Part shown: positions 1-9,637 of the stretch, piece by piece
Position numbering within the stretch: the stretch's first letter is position 1
Layout: each line of letters opens with the position of its first letter
Source: Acetivibrionales bacterium
GTDB lineage: Bacteria; Bacillota; Clostridia; Acetivibrionales; DTU013
DNA length: 64,000 nucleotides
Assembly: GCA_050952225.1 (NCBI GenBank)
Contig: JBMNKL010000001.1
Span: 814,589-878,588, forward strand
Reading direction: 5' to 3'
Notes under the pieces: generated by a model
Told to the model about the DNA's origin: nothing
The model's input: only the letters and a program-made list of their open reading frames with translations
Databases searched by the model: none
Translations under genes and position numbers: made by a program

Positions 1-816
1 AATATCATAACCGGGTATATTCCTTCAAGTGAAGGCACGGTCAAGGTTTGCGGCTTTGACATCATGGAATCCCCAAAAGAAGTAAAAAAACGCATTGGTT
101 ATCTGCCTGAGCAGCCGCCGGTCTACATGGATATGACGGTCGGCGATTACCTGAACTTTGTTGCGGATTTGAAAATGGTAAGCAAAAAACAGAAGAGAAG
201 CCAGCTGAACGATATAATGGAGCTTGTCAAGATAGGCGACCACAGGAACAGGCTTATTAAAAACCTTTCAAAAGGCTACAAGCAAAGGGTTGGCCTTGCG
301 CAGGCCCTTGTAGGCAGCCCCCAGGTTCTCATACTGGACGAGCCTACGATAGGCCTTGACCCCAGGCAGATTATAGAGATTCGAAAGCTGATCAAGGCTT
401 TGGGGAAGGAACATACGATCATCCTGAGTTCCCACATTCTACCCGAGGTCAGCGCCGTGTGCGACCGTGTTGTTATCATAAACAAGGGCGAAATTGCGGC
501 AATCGACACCCCTGAAAACCTTTCAAAGGGATTGGGTGCCGCATCCAAAATAACCGTGACTATTGCGGGGCCGCGCAGTTCCGTAGAGAATGCGATCAAG
601 GAGATATACGGAGTAAAATTTGTTGAAACCGGAATTGAAAAAGATAAGGAAACATTCTCATATATAATCGAAGCGGATAAGGAAATAGACATAAGAAAAC
701 CATTGTTTTTTGCAATGGCAAAACTGGGTTACCCGATACTTGAATTAAGGGGCGTCAACGCAAGCCTGGAGGATATATTCCTGCAGATAGTCACCCGGGA
801 AAAGGAGGCTGTTTGA
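1..816 (+). CDS. ABC transporter ATP-binding protein (GldA-like), 5' end cut by window edge
   Basis: Frame 1 is open from nt 1 (NIITGYIPSSEGTVKVCGFDIME...), so the ATG at 64 is internal. ABC signature LSKGYKQRV, Walker B LILDEPTIGLD, H-loop SSHIL. Followed by ABC-2 permease and GldG-like genes. Confidence 0.9.
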   Translation, partial: NIITGYIPSSEGTVKVCGFDIMESPKEVKKRIGYLPEQPPVYMDMTVGDYLNFVADLKMVSKKQKRSQLNDIMELVKIGDHRNRLIKNLSKGYKQRVGLAQALVGSPQVLILDEPTIGLDPRQIIEIRKLIKALGKEHTIILSSHILPEVSAVCDRVVIINKGEIAAIDTPENLSKGLGAASKITVTIAGPRSSVENAIKEIYGVKFVETGIEKDKETFSYIIEADKEIDIRKPLFFAMAKLGYPILELRGVNASLEDIFLQIVTREKEAV

Positions 817-819
817 TCA

Positions 820-1533
820 ATGTCGGCGATATTTTGGAAAGAAGTGAAAGCTTATTTTTATTCGCCCATGGCGTATATTCTTATTGGATTATTCATGCTG
901 ATTACTTCGATATATTTTTATCCGAACCTGGTATACGGCCCATACGGCGTGGCAGATTTCAACAACACGCTCTCGATTATGGGTTTTATACTGTTGTTCA
1001 TAGTTCCCGTACTTACGATGAGGATACTTGCCGAAGAGAGGAAAAACGGCACGGAAGTGCTGCTGATTACTTCTCCGGCCAGTATTACCTCAATTGTACT
1101 GGGCAAATACTTTGGGGCATGCTTCGTGTTTTTCGTCATGATATTGCTGTCGTTTATTTACCCGATAGTTTTGCTGGCTTTCGGCGGAACTTTTACCGTT
1201 AAGATTATAGGGGGCTATATCGGCTTCATACTCCTGGGAATGACTTTTATTTCGGTGGGCGTTTTTGCCTCCTCTCTTACGGAAAGCCAAGTGGTTGCAG
1301 TTATTATCAGCTATGTGGCGTTGTTAATCATGTGGATTGCAGACAGCTTGACCACAGTCGTGGGAGGCTTCGCTTCGAAGATTCTAGGGTGGATATCACT
1401 GCTTTCCAGGTACGAGGATTTTAACAGGGGCATACTCGGGATCGGGCCTGTAGTATACTACATGAGCTTTATCGCGGTATTCCTGTTTCTTACGGTCAGG
1501 GTAATCGAAAAAAGACGCTGGAGTCAGGGGTGA
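820..1533 (+). CDS. ABC-2 family transporter permease (GldF-like)
   Basis: 237-aa multi-pass hydrophobic ORF starting 4 nt after the ATPase stop, the usual position of the ABC-2 permease partner. Confidence 0.8.
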   Translation: MSAIFWKEVKAYFYSPMAYILIGLFMLITSIYFYPNLVYGPYGVADFNNTLSIMGFILLFIVPVLTMRILAEERKNGTEVLLITSPASITSIVLGKYFGACFVFFVMILLSFIYPIVLLAFGGTFTVKIIGGYIGFILLGMTFISVGVFASSLTESQVVAVIISYVALLIMWIADSLTTVVGGFASKILGWISLLSRYEDFNRGILGIGPVVYYMSFIAVFLFLTVRVIEKRRWSQG

Positions 1534-1539
1534 TGAGGG

Positions 1540-3003
1540 ATGGAAAAGAAGAATATTATTACCGGCATAAAGAGGTTTTTCAAAAGCAGGAGTTTAAAAT
1601 ACGGTTCAAACGCCGCCATTTTGATTGCAGCCGTTATCGTTATCGCAGTACTGGTGAACATCCTGGTTGGAATGACGGATCTTAAGCTTGATTTGACTCC
1701 GAACAAGCTTTTTTCACTGACGGATGCAACAAGGAACGAATTGAAAAACCTTAAGCATGATGTAGAGATAATCGGGTTGTTTGACGAGGGAAAAATCGCT
1801 TCCGGCAGCGAATATAAGCAAGTCACCGACCTGCTGAGCCTATATGAGAAGTACCCGCGGGTTAAGGTGGAGTATGTAGATCCGGACAAGAATCCCGGCA
1901 TCATTAACCAGCTTGACCCGGACGGCACCATGGATCTGGGCAAAAGCGATTTTGTCGTCAAAAGCGTGGTGAACGGCATTGAAAAGAAAAGAAAACTGGA
2001 ATATTATGACCTTTTTGCCGTGCAGATGGACCAGTATTCGCTGAGAGCATATACAACAGGCTCAAATGCGGAGCAGGGCTTTACCGGGGCCATAAAATAT
2101 GTTACGTCGGAGAATACGCCTGTTGTATACTTTACGGAAGGCCATAACGAAACGGATGTGGATATAGATTACCGGTTCCTGAAAAACCAGATTGAAAAGA
2201 ATAATTTCATCGTTAAAAAGCTGAACCTGCTGTCCGCGGACAAGATACCGGATGACGCCGGGCTGGTTATTGTAGCTTCCCCCAAGAACGACATAACAAT
2301 AAACGAGAAAGATGTGCTCAGCGACTACCTTTACGAAGGCGGAAAGGCCATATTCATGTTTGATTGCCTGGCCAGCGACCCGGACTTTGAACAGTTCAAC
2401 AGCCTGCTTGCCAAGTATAACATAGAGATCAACCATGACAAGGTGATTGAAAATGACGAAAGAAGGCATGTCCCGCAAGATCCGGCTACGCTTATCGTAA
2501 ATATTGATCAAAACAACATCATACCCCAGGGTTTTGTTGCTTTGCTCAGCAATTCCAGGAGTATCGGCATCTTGAAAAATGTCAAGGAATATATCAAGAC
2601 GACAACGCTTATGAAAACCAGCGAGAACGCCGTGGGACAAATGGTAAGCAAATCAAGGGGAGAAGATCTGAAGGGTCCTCTTGATATAGCGGTTGCTGTC
2701 GAATATACCGGGGGAAAGGGTAATTCCAAGATTGTTGTGATAGGCAACGGATCGTTCGTCAGTGACAACGCGATAAATTTCGGAGACTATTTCTACAATA
2801 ATGTTGTTTTCTTCCTGCAGACGATGAACTGGATGATAGACAAGCAGGACGAGGTCATCGTGCCTACAAAAGACTATGAGATAAATACGCTGGATATCAC
2901 ACAGGCGCAAGCCAAGATCATGGGATGGGCTCTCATTGTGGTATTCCCGCTGCTCATACTCGGCACGGGCCTTATGGTATTCTTGAGGAGGCGTCATTTA
3001 TGA
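1540..3003 (+). CDS. GldG-like ABC-transporter auxiliary protein
   Basis: 487 aa with an N-terminal TM (AAILIAAVIVIAVLVNILVG), a C-terminal TM (WALIVVFPLLILGTGLMVFL) and a large domain between. The ATPase-permease-GldG order matches the conserved GldA/F/G-type arrangement. Confidence 0.7.
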   Translation: MEKKNIITGIKRFFKSRSLKYGSNAAILIAAVIVIAVLVNILVGMTDLKLDLTPNKLFSLTDATRNELKNLKHDVEIIGLFDEGKIASGSEYKQVTDLLSLYEKYPRVKVEYVDPDKNPGIINQLDPDGTMDLGKSDFVVKSVVNGIEKKRKLEYYDLFAVQMDQYSLRAYTTGSNAEQGFTGAIKYVTSENTPVVYFTEGHNETDVDIDYRFLKNQIEKNNFIVKKLNLLSADKIPDDAGLVIVASPKNDITINEKDVLSDYLYEGGKAIFMFDCLASDPDFEQFNSLLAKYNIEINHDKVIENDERRHVPQDPATLIVNIDQNNIIPQGFVALLSNSRSIGILKNVKEYIKTTTLMKTSENAVGQMVSKSRGEDLKGPLDIAVAVEYTGGKGNSKIVVIGNGSFVSDNAINFGDYFYNNVVFFLQTMNWMIDKQDEVIVPTKDYEINTLDITQAQAKIMGWALIVVFPLLILGTGLMVFLRRRHL

Positions 3004-4406
3004 AGTTCTACAAGAATGCAATTATTCTTGTTCTTATTGTTGCGCTGCTGGCAGGAGTATATGTCTTTGTCCTCAAAACCAGGCCTGAAAGCGAAGATAA
3101 TACTTCCGACCTGCTCAAGCTGACCGATTATATTTCGAGTGATGTTGAATCCGTGACACTGGAGAACCCGGACGGCACTTTTGTAATTGTCAGGAAGGAC
3201 GATGAATGGGTCCTGTCTTCGCCGTCCGACCTCAAGTATGATTCGTCTGTACTCAGCAGCATAGTAATAAACGCGGCTTCGATTACCGCGGACAGGCTGG
3301 TGGAAGAGAATGCGCAGGATATAGCAAAGTACGGCCTCGACGACCCTGTCATCGTCAGGATGAAAACCAAGGACGGAAAGGAGACCGTGCTTGAAGTAGG
3401 CGACAGGACACCTACAAAAAGCGGTTATTATATCAAGTTTGCCGGTGAAAATGATGTATATATTATCGGCACGTATACCGGCAATTACCTCGTCACGGAC
3501 AGGAACGGCATGCGGTCAAAGCAACTGTTTGATTTTGAACTCGATGACATAAACACGCTGGCGATGAACAGGAAAGGGCAAAAAGTGTTCAGGTCCGTCA
3601 AGGAAGAAAAGGACGACATAAGCAGCTGGAAACTGACGGAACCGATCAAGGGAAGCGTGAATGGAAATGCTATATACCCCATGCTTGAGGCTTTAGCAAA
3701 TACAACAGTGGATGAATTTTTGGAAGATAAGCCGTCGGACCTGGCGCAATACGGCCTGGATGAGCCCGTATATGAATTTGAAATCGGCACTGAAGCGGCA
3801 GGGACTTACAAGCTTCTGATGGGAGACGAGAAGGAAAAGGGCTCGACGATATATGCCAAGCTCGGTAACAGCGACGAGGTGTTTGCCGTGGATATATCGT
3901 CATACAATGCTTTCCTTGACAAACCGCTCAAGGAAATTGTCAGCGTCTTTGTTTACCTTGTCAATATAGACGATGTTAAAAAGATTGATTTAACAATGGA
4001 CGGCAAGACAACCAATATGGTATTGGATATATATAAAGACTCGGAAGGCAATTCAGACAGGGATAAAGACAAATTCTACGTTAACGGGATGGACGCCAGC
4101 GGCAAAAATGAAGACGGCGATCAGCCGTTCAGGAAATTCTACCAGGCCCTCATAGGCATCAGCCTTGACGAGGTGGATGTCGACGGCAGGCCCGAAGGTG
4201 ATGCTGAAATCACCATAAACTACACGTTGAAGGATGGGTCTATGAAAGTAGAATTCATTTCCAAGGATGACAATTACTATTACGTGGTCAGAAACAGTGA
4301 ATATGCAGGCATCCTGGTAAAGAAAAACAAGAAGTCTTTTGGCGTAATGGAAATGAAAGAAGCATACAAAACGCTTATGGATTTCCTGTCGTCACAGCAG
4401 AAATAA
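3000..4406 (+). CDS. DUF4340-like membrane-anchored protein
   Basis: ATG at 3000 overlaps the upstream stop (ATGA). The product starts MKFYKNAIILVLIVALLAGVYVFVL (signal anchor). Proteins of this type normally follow GldG-like genes. The track ORF start at 2925 lies inside the upstream gene. Confidence 0.6.
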   Translation: MKFYKNAIILVLIVALLAGVYVFVLKTRPESEDNTSDLLKLTDYISSDVESVTLENPDGTFVIVRKDDEWVLSSPSDLKYDSSVLSSIVINAASITADRLVEENAQDIAKYGLDDPVIVRMKTKDGKETVLEVGDRTPTKSGYYIKFAGENDVYIIGTYTGNYLVTDRNGMRSKQLFDFELDDINTLAMNRKGQKVFRSVKEEKDDISSWKLTEPIKGSVNGNAIYPMLEALANTTVDEFLEDKPSDLAQYGLDEPVYEFEIGTEAAGTYKLLMGDEKEKGSTIYAKLGNSDEVFAVDISSYNAFLDKPLKEIVSVFVYLVNIDDVKKIDLTMDGKTTNMVLDIYKDSEGNSDRDKDKFYVNGMDASGKNEDGDQPFRKFYQALIGISLDEVDVDGRPEGDAEITINYTLKDGSMKVEFISKDDNYYYVVRNSEYAGILVKKNKKSFGVMEMKEAYKTLMDFLSSQQK

Positions 4407-4435
4407 ACGCTTGGTTAGTGACATTTCGCAAACAG

Positions 4436-4484
4436 CTCCAACATAGAATGAAATAGTTTGATTCTATTGTTGGAGTTGTTTTTT
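4436..4484 (+). terminator. Rho-independent terminator after the ABC/DUF4340 operon
   Basis: Stem ctccaacatagaat / attctattgttggag (one bulge) followed by ttgtttttt. Confidence 0.8.
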
Positions 4485-4485
4485 A

Positions 4486-5535
4486 GTGCCCGGTGAATCA
4501 AGGAATATTTTCAGGGTTGCCTGCATATATACCACAAGCGTAATTGGGGCAGGCTTTGCTTCAGGCCATGAGATAATGCAGTTTTTTACGGTATATGATG
4601 CGGGTGGTTTTTTTGGCATAATACTGGCAGGCATATTATTTTCGGCAGCCGGGAGCATAATGCTTGGAAAAGTTTACAGCGATCGCATCAAAAATTACGA
4701 GGAGTTTATTTTCCCGGTTTTTGGCTGGCGCCTGGGCTGGGTTGTAGAGATAGTTATAACAGTGTTTATGTTGTGTATATTCTGCATTATGCTGGCAGGC
4801 TCGGGCAGAGTGGTTTCTGACAGGCTCGGCATTCATTTCAGATATGCATCCCTATTGATGGCAATCATATGCACAGTCCTGATTCTGGCTAATATCAGGG
4901 GGCTTGCCGTACTCAGCTCCATTGTTACACCCGTGTTGATACTTGGTATATTGCTGGCGGGAGTCTATATCGTATTCTTCCGCGATACCGCAGCGTCTGT
5001 CGTATCCGGTTACCTTGACCGGATGACAAGAAACTGGCTTGTATCGTCCATTCTTTATGTCAGCTACAACTGCATTCCGGCTTTTATCATACTCTGCAGC
5101 CTGTTGCCTTGCCTGAAGACCCGAAGGACGGCAGTTTGGGGAGGAATACTCGGCGGCGCCTTTCTTAGCCTCGCTACCTTGGTTATCAATATTGCAATAC
5201 GGCTTTTTATGCCCGGAATAATGGTAAAGGAGCTGCCGTTTCTTGAAATATTAGAAAGATACAGCAGCCTGGCAGGCGATATCTATTCTGTCGTATTATG
5301 GGCCGCCATGCTTGTATCGGCAGTTACCTCGGGGTTGTGCTTTGTCGGGCGGGTCGAGGCGATGCTCAAGGTGGACAGGAGAATTATTATTTTTACGCTC
5401 TGCGCCGTTTCGATACCGCTTTCGGCCGTAGGGTTTTCAAAACTGGTCTCGACAGTTTACCCGATTTTCGGATACCTTGGGTTGTTCATGATTATAACCG
5501 TGTTGATACACGGTATGTTGAAGCTGCGCGGCTGA
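4486..5535 (+). CDS. YkvI-family membrane protein
   Basis: 349-aa polytopic ORF. The N-terminal FRVACIYTTSVIGAGFASGHEIMQFF matches the YkvI-family signature (VGAGFASG.EI.QFF). GTG start, with GGAG 10 nt upstream inside the terminator arm. Confidence 0.7.
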   Translation: MPGESRNIFRVACIYTTSVIGAGFASGHEIMQFFTVYDAGGFFGIILAGILFSAAGSIMLGKVYSDRIKNYEEFIFPVFGWRLGWVVEIVITVFMLCIFCIMLAGSGRVVSDRLGIHFRYASLLMAIICTVLILANIRGLAVLSSIVTPVLILGILLAGVYIVFFRDTAASVVSGYLDRMTRNWLVSSILYVSYNCIPAFIILCSLLPCLKTRRTAVWGGILGGAFLSLATLVINIAIRLFMPGIMVKELPFLEILERYSSLAGDIYSVVLWAAMLVSAVTSGLCFVGRVEAMLKVDRRIIIFTLCAVSIPLSAVGFSKLVSTVYPIFGYLGLFMIITVLIHGMLKLRG

Positions 5536-5710
5536 GAAGCAGCCTGTGGGGGAAGCGGGGTCAGGCCTGAATTATTTCCCTGTTCTTATGTGAGCGTGAG
5601 TAAGCAAACAATTCAAGCCTGAGCCCATCCTCCGTATCCGCATATGGCAGAAAATAGTTTTCTATGGTAAAATTATTTTATCCTTTAGATATGCAAAAGA
5701 AGAAACAGGG

Positions 5711-6898
5711 GTGAATCTTTTGAAAACGCTCCCTGACGAAAAAAACCACGGGGACGGCAAAGGCATATCTGGTCTGTTGACGGCGGCGCTGCTGTTTTTA
5801 TGCATCCTGTTCGTGGCTTTTTTCAGTTACCGCAAAAGTCTTGATCCAAAGGCCGGCCTGGCTGATATTGTGCAATATTTTCAAAGCCTGGGGGAGAATA
5901 CTGTAAATGAAGCGAAGGTTTTGCATGTTTACGAGTATGATGCGAGAGAGGACCCCTTGTTTGCGGTATACAAGGATTATATAGTCAAATGCGGAAGCAG
6001 CGGCGTCTGGTTTCTGGACAGGTCAGGCAACATAGTACGGACTGAGAACATATTATTTTCCAACCCTATCATGAAAGCAAACGGCTCACTGCTCATGCTG
6101 GCCGATCGCGGAATGGGAGATATATGTGTCCTGGATGGCAGAACGGTGCGTTGGAGTGAAAAACTCGATGCTTCCATTTTAAATGCCGACATTAGCAAGG
6201 AAGGCTACGTTACGGTTGTGACAACGGCCAAGAGGGACAACAATGAAATAAGGGTTTTTGAACCTCATGGAATAGAGTATTTAAGGAAAATTATCGCAGT
6301 TGACTATGCCGTATCAGCATGTGTGTCACCTTCCTCAAAAAGCCTTGTATTATCGGCAATCGGCACGGAAGCGGCAGGAGCCTTTTCACGCTACAAGTTT
6401 TACGACATGGAAGGCGAAGATATCGCCATGTTGGTTTTTAACTCGGAGGATGGGTCTGCCCCGGAGCTGGTGCCGTTATTCAGATACAATAATGACGGAA
6501 GCATATTTGCCTCAGGAGACAGGGCTGTCATATCGGTTGACGCGGAAGGGAAACTTTTATGGAAGAAAGTATTCAGAAATGTGGCAGGAACCGGGCTGGT
6601 GGGCGACAGGCAATTGGCTGTTGCGGCGGAGGATGAGGAAGGCAGCCTGCTCCGGATATATGATGCGGACGGACGGGAACTCGCCTCATGCGCCATTTCG
6701 GGAAAACCAAGAGGTCTTAATGCCCGAAAGGGCGTAATCGCGGTTAATACAAAAGATACGGCATACTTTTATGACAGCAGGTGCAGAAACTTCAGCAGGT
6801 ACTCGTCAAGATCCGGGATAAAGCAGGTATTGCTTTTAAACAGGCAGCATGCTGTTATTATCACAGATCGTGAAGCAGTGGTTGTCCTGTTGAAATAA
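5711..6898 (+). CDS. Hypothetical membrane-anchored protein (single N-terminal TM, beta-rich ectodomain)
   Basis: 395-aa ORF with TM GLLTAALLFLCILFVAFFSY and no motif I can name. The start is uncertain (GTG 5711 or TTG 5720). Confidence 0.55.
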   Translation: MNLLKTLPDEKNHGDGKGISGLLTAALLFLCILFVAFFSYRKSLDPKAGLADIVQYFQSLGENTVNEAKVLHVYEYDAREDPLFAVYKDYIVKCGSSGVWFLDRSGNIVRTENILFSNPIMKANGSLLMLADRGMGDICVLDGRTVRWSEKLDASILNADISKEGYVTVVTTAKRDNNEIRVFEPHGIEYLRKIIAVDYAVSACVSPSSKSLVLSAIGTEAAGAFSRYKFYDMEGEDIAMLVFNSEDGSAPELVPLFRYNNDGSIFASGDRAVISVDAEGKLLWKKVFRNVAGTGLVGDRQLAVAAEDEEGSLLRIYDADGRELASCAISGKPRGLNARKGVIAVNTKDTAYFYDSRCRNFSRYSSRSGIKQVLLLNRQHAVIITDREAVVVLLK

Positions 6899-6958
6899 AC
6901 CGGGGAGACTACCCGGATATTATAACTTTGCCGGCTCCGGCCGGGGTTTGGAGGTTAT

Positions 6959-7669
6959 ATGAACTGGAGCGATTTTGTCGTTATTGGCCTGATAGTGATT
7001 TTTGCAGTCATTGGGCTGAATAAAGGCCTCATTATGTCGGTTTACAGGTTATTTGCCTTCATCGCATGTATTTACGCGTCCATAAAGTTTTCGCCGGTTC
7101 TTGCGGATTTGCTGGTAAAAACGCCGGTATTCGAATGGGTGAAAAATGTTATCGTAAAGCACTTGCTAAAATGGAGCAGTGAGGCTTTTGCATACCCAAC
7201 AACCGGTGCGCCGGCTGTTACCGGTGCCAAAGTCATACTGGATACAATGCCCTTCCCGGAACTGTTCAGGAAATCATTGCAGGAGAGGCTGCCGTCATTT
7301 CCTGAACTGGTAAGTGAAGCGTTCATGGCTGAAGCCATAAGTGAGGAGCTGGCCAGGATGGCTATCTCGGTTTTAAGCCTGTTAGCCATGTACATAGTTC
7401 TAAGAATTGTGCTATCCGTTATAGGCGTATTTCTGCGGAACATATCAAGATTGCCGGTACTCAGCCAAGTCAACAGGCTTGGCGGCCTGGTGTTCGGTAC
7501 TTTACAGGGCGTGCTGGCCGTTTACATACTTTGTGCGGCATTGGTCCTGTTCAGTTCAATACCCGTATTTGCCGCGGTTTTCAAAGAGCTTGAAACCTCG
7601 CATTTTGCGGGCGGCTTTTATGAAAACAATTTTATCATCAAATGGCTGTTTCCTCCGACAGTCGTCTGA
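6959..7669 (+). CDS. cvpA: CvpA-family membrane protein
   Basis: MNWSDFVVIGLIVIFAVIGLNKGLIMSVYRL... is a typical CvpA N-terminus. It has 4-5 TM helices and an RBS GGAGG 6 nt upstream. Confidence 0.75.
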   Translation: MNWSDFVVIGLIVIFAVIGLNKGLIMSVYRLFAFIACIYASIKFSPVLADLLVKTPVFEWVKNVIVKHLLKWSSEAFAYPTTGAPAVTGAKVILDTMPFPELFRKSLQERLPSFPELVSEAFMAEAISEELARMAISVLSLLAMYIVLRIVLSVIGVFLRNISRLPVLSQVNRLGGLVFGTLQGVLAVYILCAALVLFSSIPVFAAVFKELETSHFAGGFYENNFIIKWLFPPTVV

Positions 7670-7890
7670 CAAGCGCATCGCAGCCGGCTACGCCGCTGAT
7701 GGGTATCACCGGCACCGGCCGAGGCATGGCTGCATGCTTGTGAATACCTGCGGGTCATGCTCATTGCCGCCATGGATAAATGTAAATTAACGGATTTTGC
7801 GCATAACGGCACCGTAAAATGAATGCTTTTAACCTTTTTGTACTTAGATATAGACATAAAGTAATAATAATAGTAAAATACCTATAACAC

Positions 7891-7924
7891 GAGCCGGGCG
7901 ATAGAAAACCCCGGCTGTTTGTTT
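7891..7924 (+). terminator. Terminator/attenuator-like hairpin in the ilvD leader
   Basis: gagccggg-cgatagaaaac-cccggct followed by gtttgttt. It lies 36 nt upstream of the ilvD start and about 220 nt after the cvpA stop. Confidence 0.35.
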
Positions 7925-7959
7925 AAAGGGTATAAATGCGGAAAAGGCAGGTCGGTGAA

Positions 7960-9618
7960 ATGAGGAGCGATATTATAAGAAAAGGCGTGGAGAGGGCTCC
8001 GCACAGGGCTCTTTTTAAAGCAATGGGATATACGGATGAAGAAATGGCAAAGCCAATTATCGGAGTTGTCAATTCAAAGAATGAGATTGTACCCGGCCAC
8101 ATACATCTTGACAAAATCGCGGAAGCGGTAAAGGCGGGAATCCGGATGGCAGGGGGAACACCGGTGGAATTTGGTGCCATAGGCATATGCGACGGGATCG
8201 CCATGGGACATGAGGGAATGAAATATTCGCTGGCTTCCAGGGAACTGATTGCCGATTCATGCGAAGCCATGGGGCGCGCTCACAGCTTTGACGGCATGGT
8301 GTTTATTCCAAACTGCGACAAGATTGTGCCGGGTATGCTGATGGCAGCTGCAAGGCTGAATATTCCTTCCATTGTAATAAGCGGAGGTCCCATGCTGTCT
8401 GTCCGCCATAACGGCAAGTACCTGGACTACAACAACGTATATGAAGCCGTAGGAGCTTTCAAGGCAGGCATCATGTCGGAAGAGGAAGTGACCGAATATG
8501 AAGAGCATGCCTGTCCGGGCTGCGGTTCATGCTCGGGCATGTTTACGGCAAATTCCATGAACTGCCTTACGGAAGCCCTGGGTATGGGGCTTCCCGGAAA
8601 CGGAACCATACCGGCGGTATATGCGGCGCGGATCAGGCTGGCGAAGCTGGCAGGCATGAAAGTAATGGAGCTTGTAAAGAAAAACATATGCCCTTCCGAC
8701 ATTATGACGGAAAAAGCATTTGAAAATGCGCTGGCCGTGGATATGGCGCTGGGCTGCTCAACCAATTCAGTTCTGCATTTGCCGGCTATTGCCCATGAGC
8801 TGGGAATCAGGATCAACCTGGACATTGTTAATGAAATAAGCTGCAAGGTCCCCAACCTTTGCAGGCTGGCTCCTGCCGGGGAGCACCATGTCCAGGACCT
8901 GTACGAAGCCGGGGGTGTTCAGGCCGTGATGAAGGAGCTTTCAGGGAAAGGCCTTTTGCATCTTGACCTGTTGACTGTCACGGGGAAAACGGCAGGAGAA
9001 AATATAAGCAAGGCCGAAGTCAAGGACAGGAATGTTATCAGGAGCCTCGAAAACCCTTATAGCGCGACCGGCGGAATAGCGGTACTGAGGGGCAATATCG
9101 CCCCGGACGGGGCTGTTGTGAAGCGTTCGGCCGTCCTGGACAGGATGCTTGTCCACAGGGGACCCGCAAGGGTGTTTGACTCGGAAGATGAAGCGATCGC
9201 GGCCATATATGGGAAAAAAATCAACAAGGGAGACGTGGTCGTGATTCGTTATGAAGGTCCAAAAGGAGGCCCCGGCATGAGGGAGATGCTCAGCCCTACG
9301 TCTGCAATAGCAGGGATGGGATTGGACGGCGATGTCGCGCTTATTACCGACGGAAGGTTTTCAGGAGCATCGCGGGGAGCCTGTATCGGCCATATTTCGC
9401 CGGAGGCGATGGAAGGCGGCATGATTGCGGCTATCCGGGAAGGCGATATAATTAATATCAATATACCGGAAGGAAAGCTCAATGTTGAAGTACCGGATGA
9501 GGAGCTAAAGCGGAGAATGGACGGCTGGAAATCTCCGGAACCAAGGATATCCGGCGGATACCTGGGAAGGTATGCCAGGCTGGTTACATCTGCGGGTACC
9601 GGAGCAGTGTTGAAATAA
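7960..9618 (+). CDS. ilvD: Dihydroxy-acid dehydratase
   Basis: [28 protein letters not shown] is the canonical IlvD N-terminus. Also [14 protein letters not shown] and [16 protein letters not shown] (Fe-S ligands). The track ORF starts 8 codons earlier (7936), and that alternative cannot be excluded. Confidence 0.95.
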   Translation: MRSDIIRKGVERAPHRALFKAMGYTDEEMAKPIIGVVNSKNEIVPGHIHLDKIAEAVKAGIRMAGGTPVEFGAIGICDGIAMGHEGMKYSLASRELIADSCEAMGRAHSFDGMVFIPNCDKIVPGMLMAAARLNIPSIVISGGPMLSVRHNGKYLDYNNVYEAVGAFKAGIMSEEEVTEYEEHACPGCGSCSGMFTANSMNCLTEALGMGLPGNGTIPAVYAARIRLAKLAGMKVMELVKKNICPSDIMTEKAFENALAVDMALGCSTNSVLHLPAIAHELGIRINLDIVNEISCKVPNLCRLAPAGEHHVQDLYEAGGVQAVMKELSGKGLLHLDLLTVTGKTAGENISKAEVKDRNVIRSLENPYSATGGIAVLRGNIAPDGAVVKRSAVLDRMLVHRGPARVFDSEDEAIAAIYGKKINKGDVVVIRYEGPKGGPGMREMLSPTSAIAGMGLDGDVALITDGRFSGASRGACIGHISPEAMEGGMIAAIREGDIININIPEGKLNVEVPDEELKRRMDGWKSPEPRISGGYLGRYARLVTSAGTGAVLK

Positions 9619-9637
9619 TGTAAAATGGAGGATTTGA

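Noticed and set aside
4636-4836. A minus-strand ORF also beginning MNAEP, which could have been a third copy of the repeat.
   Set aside because: The nucleotide sequence (atgaatgccgagcctgtc...) does not align with the repeat core beyond a few bases. It lies inside the YkvI-family CDS, so the match is a coincidence.
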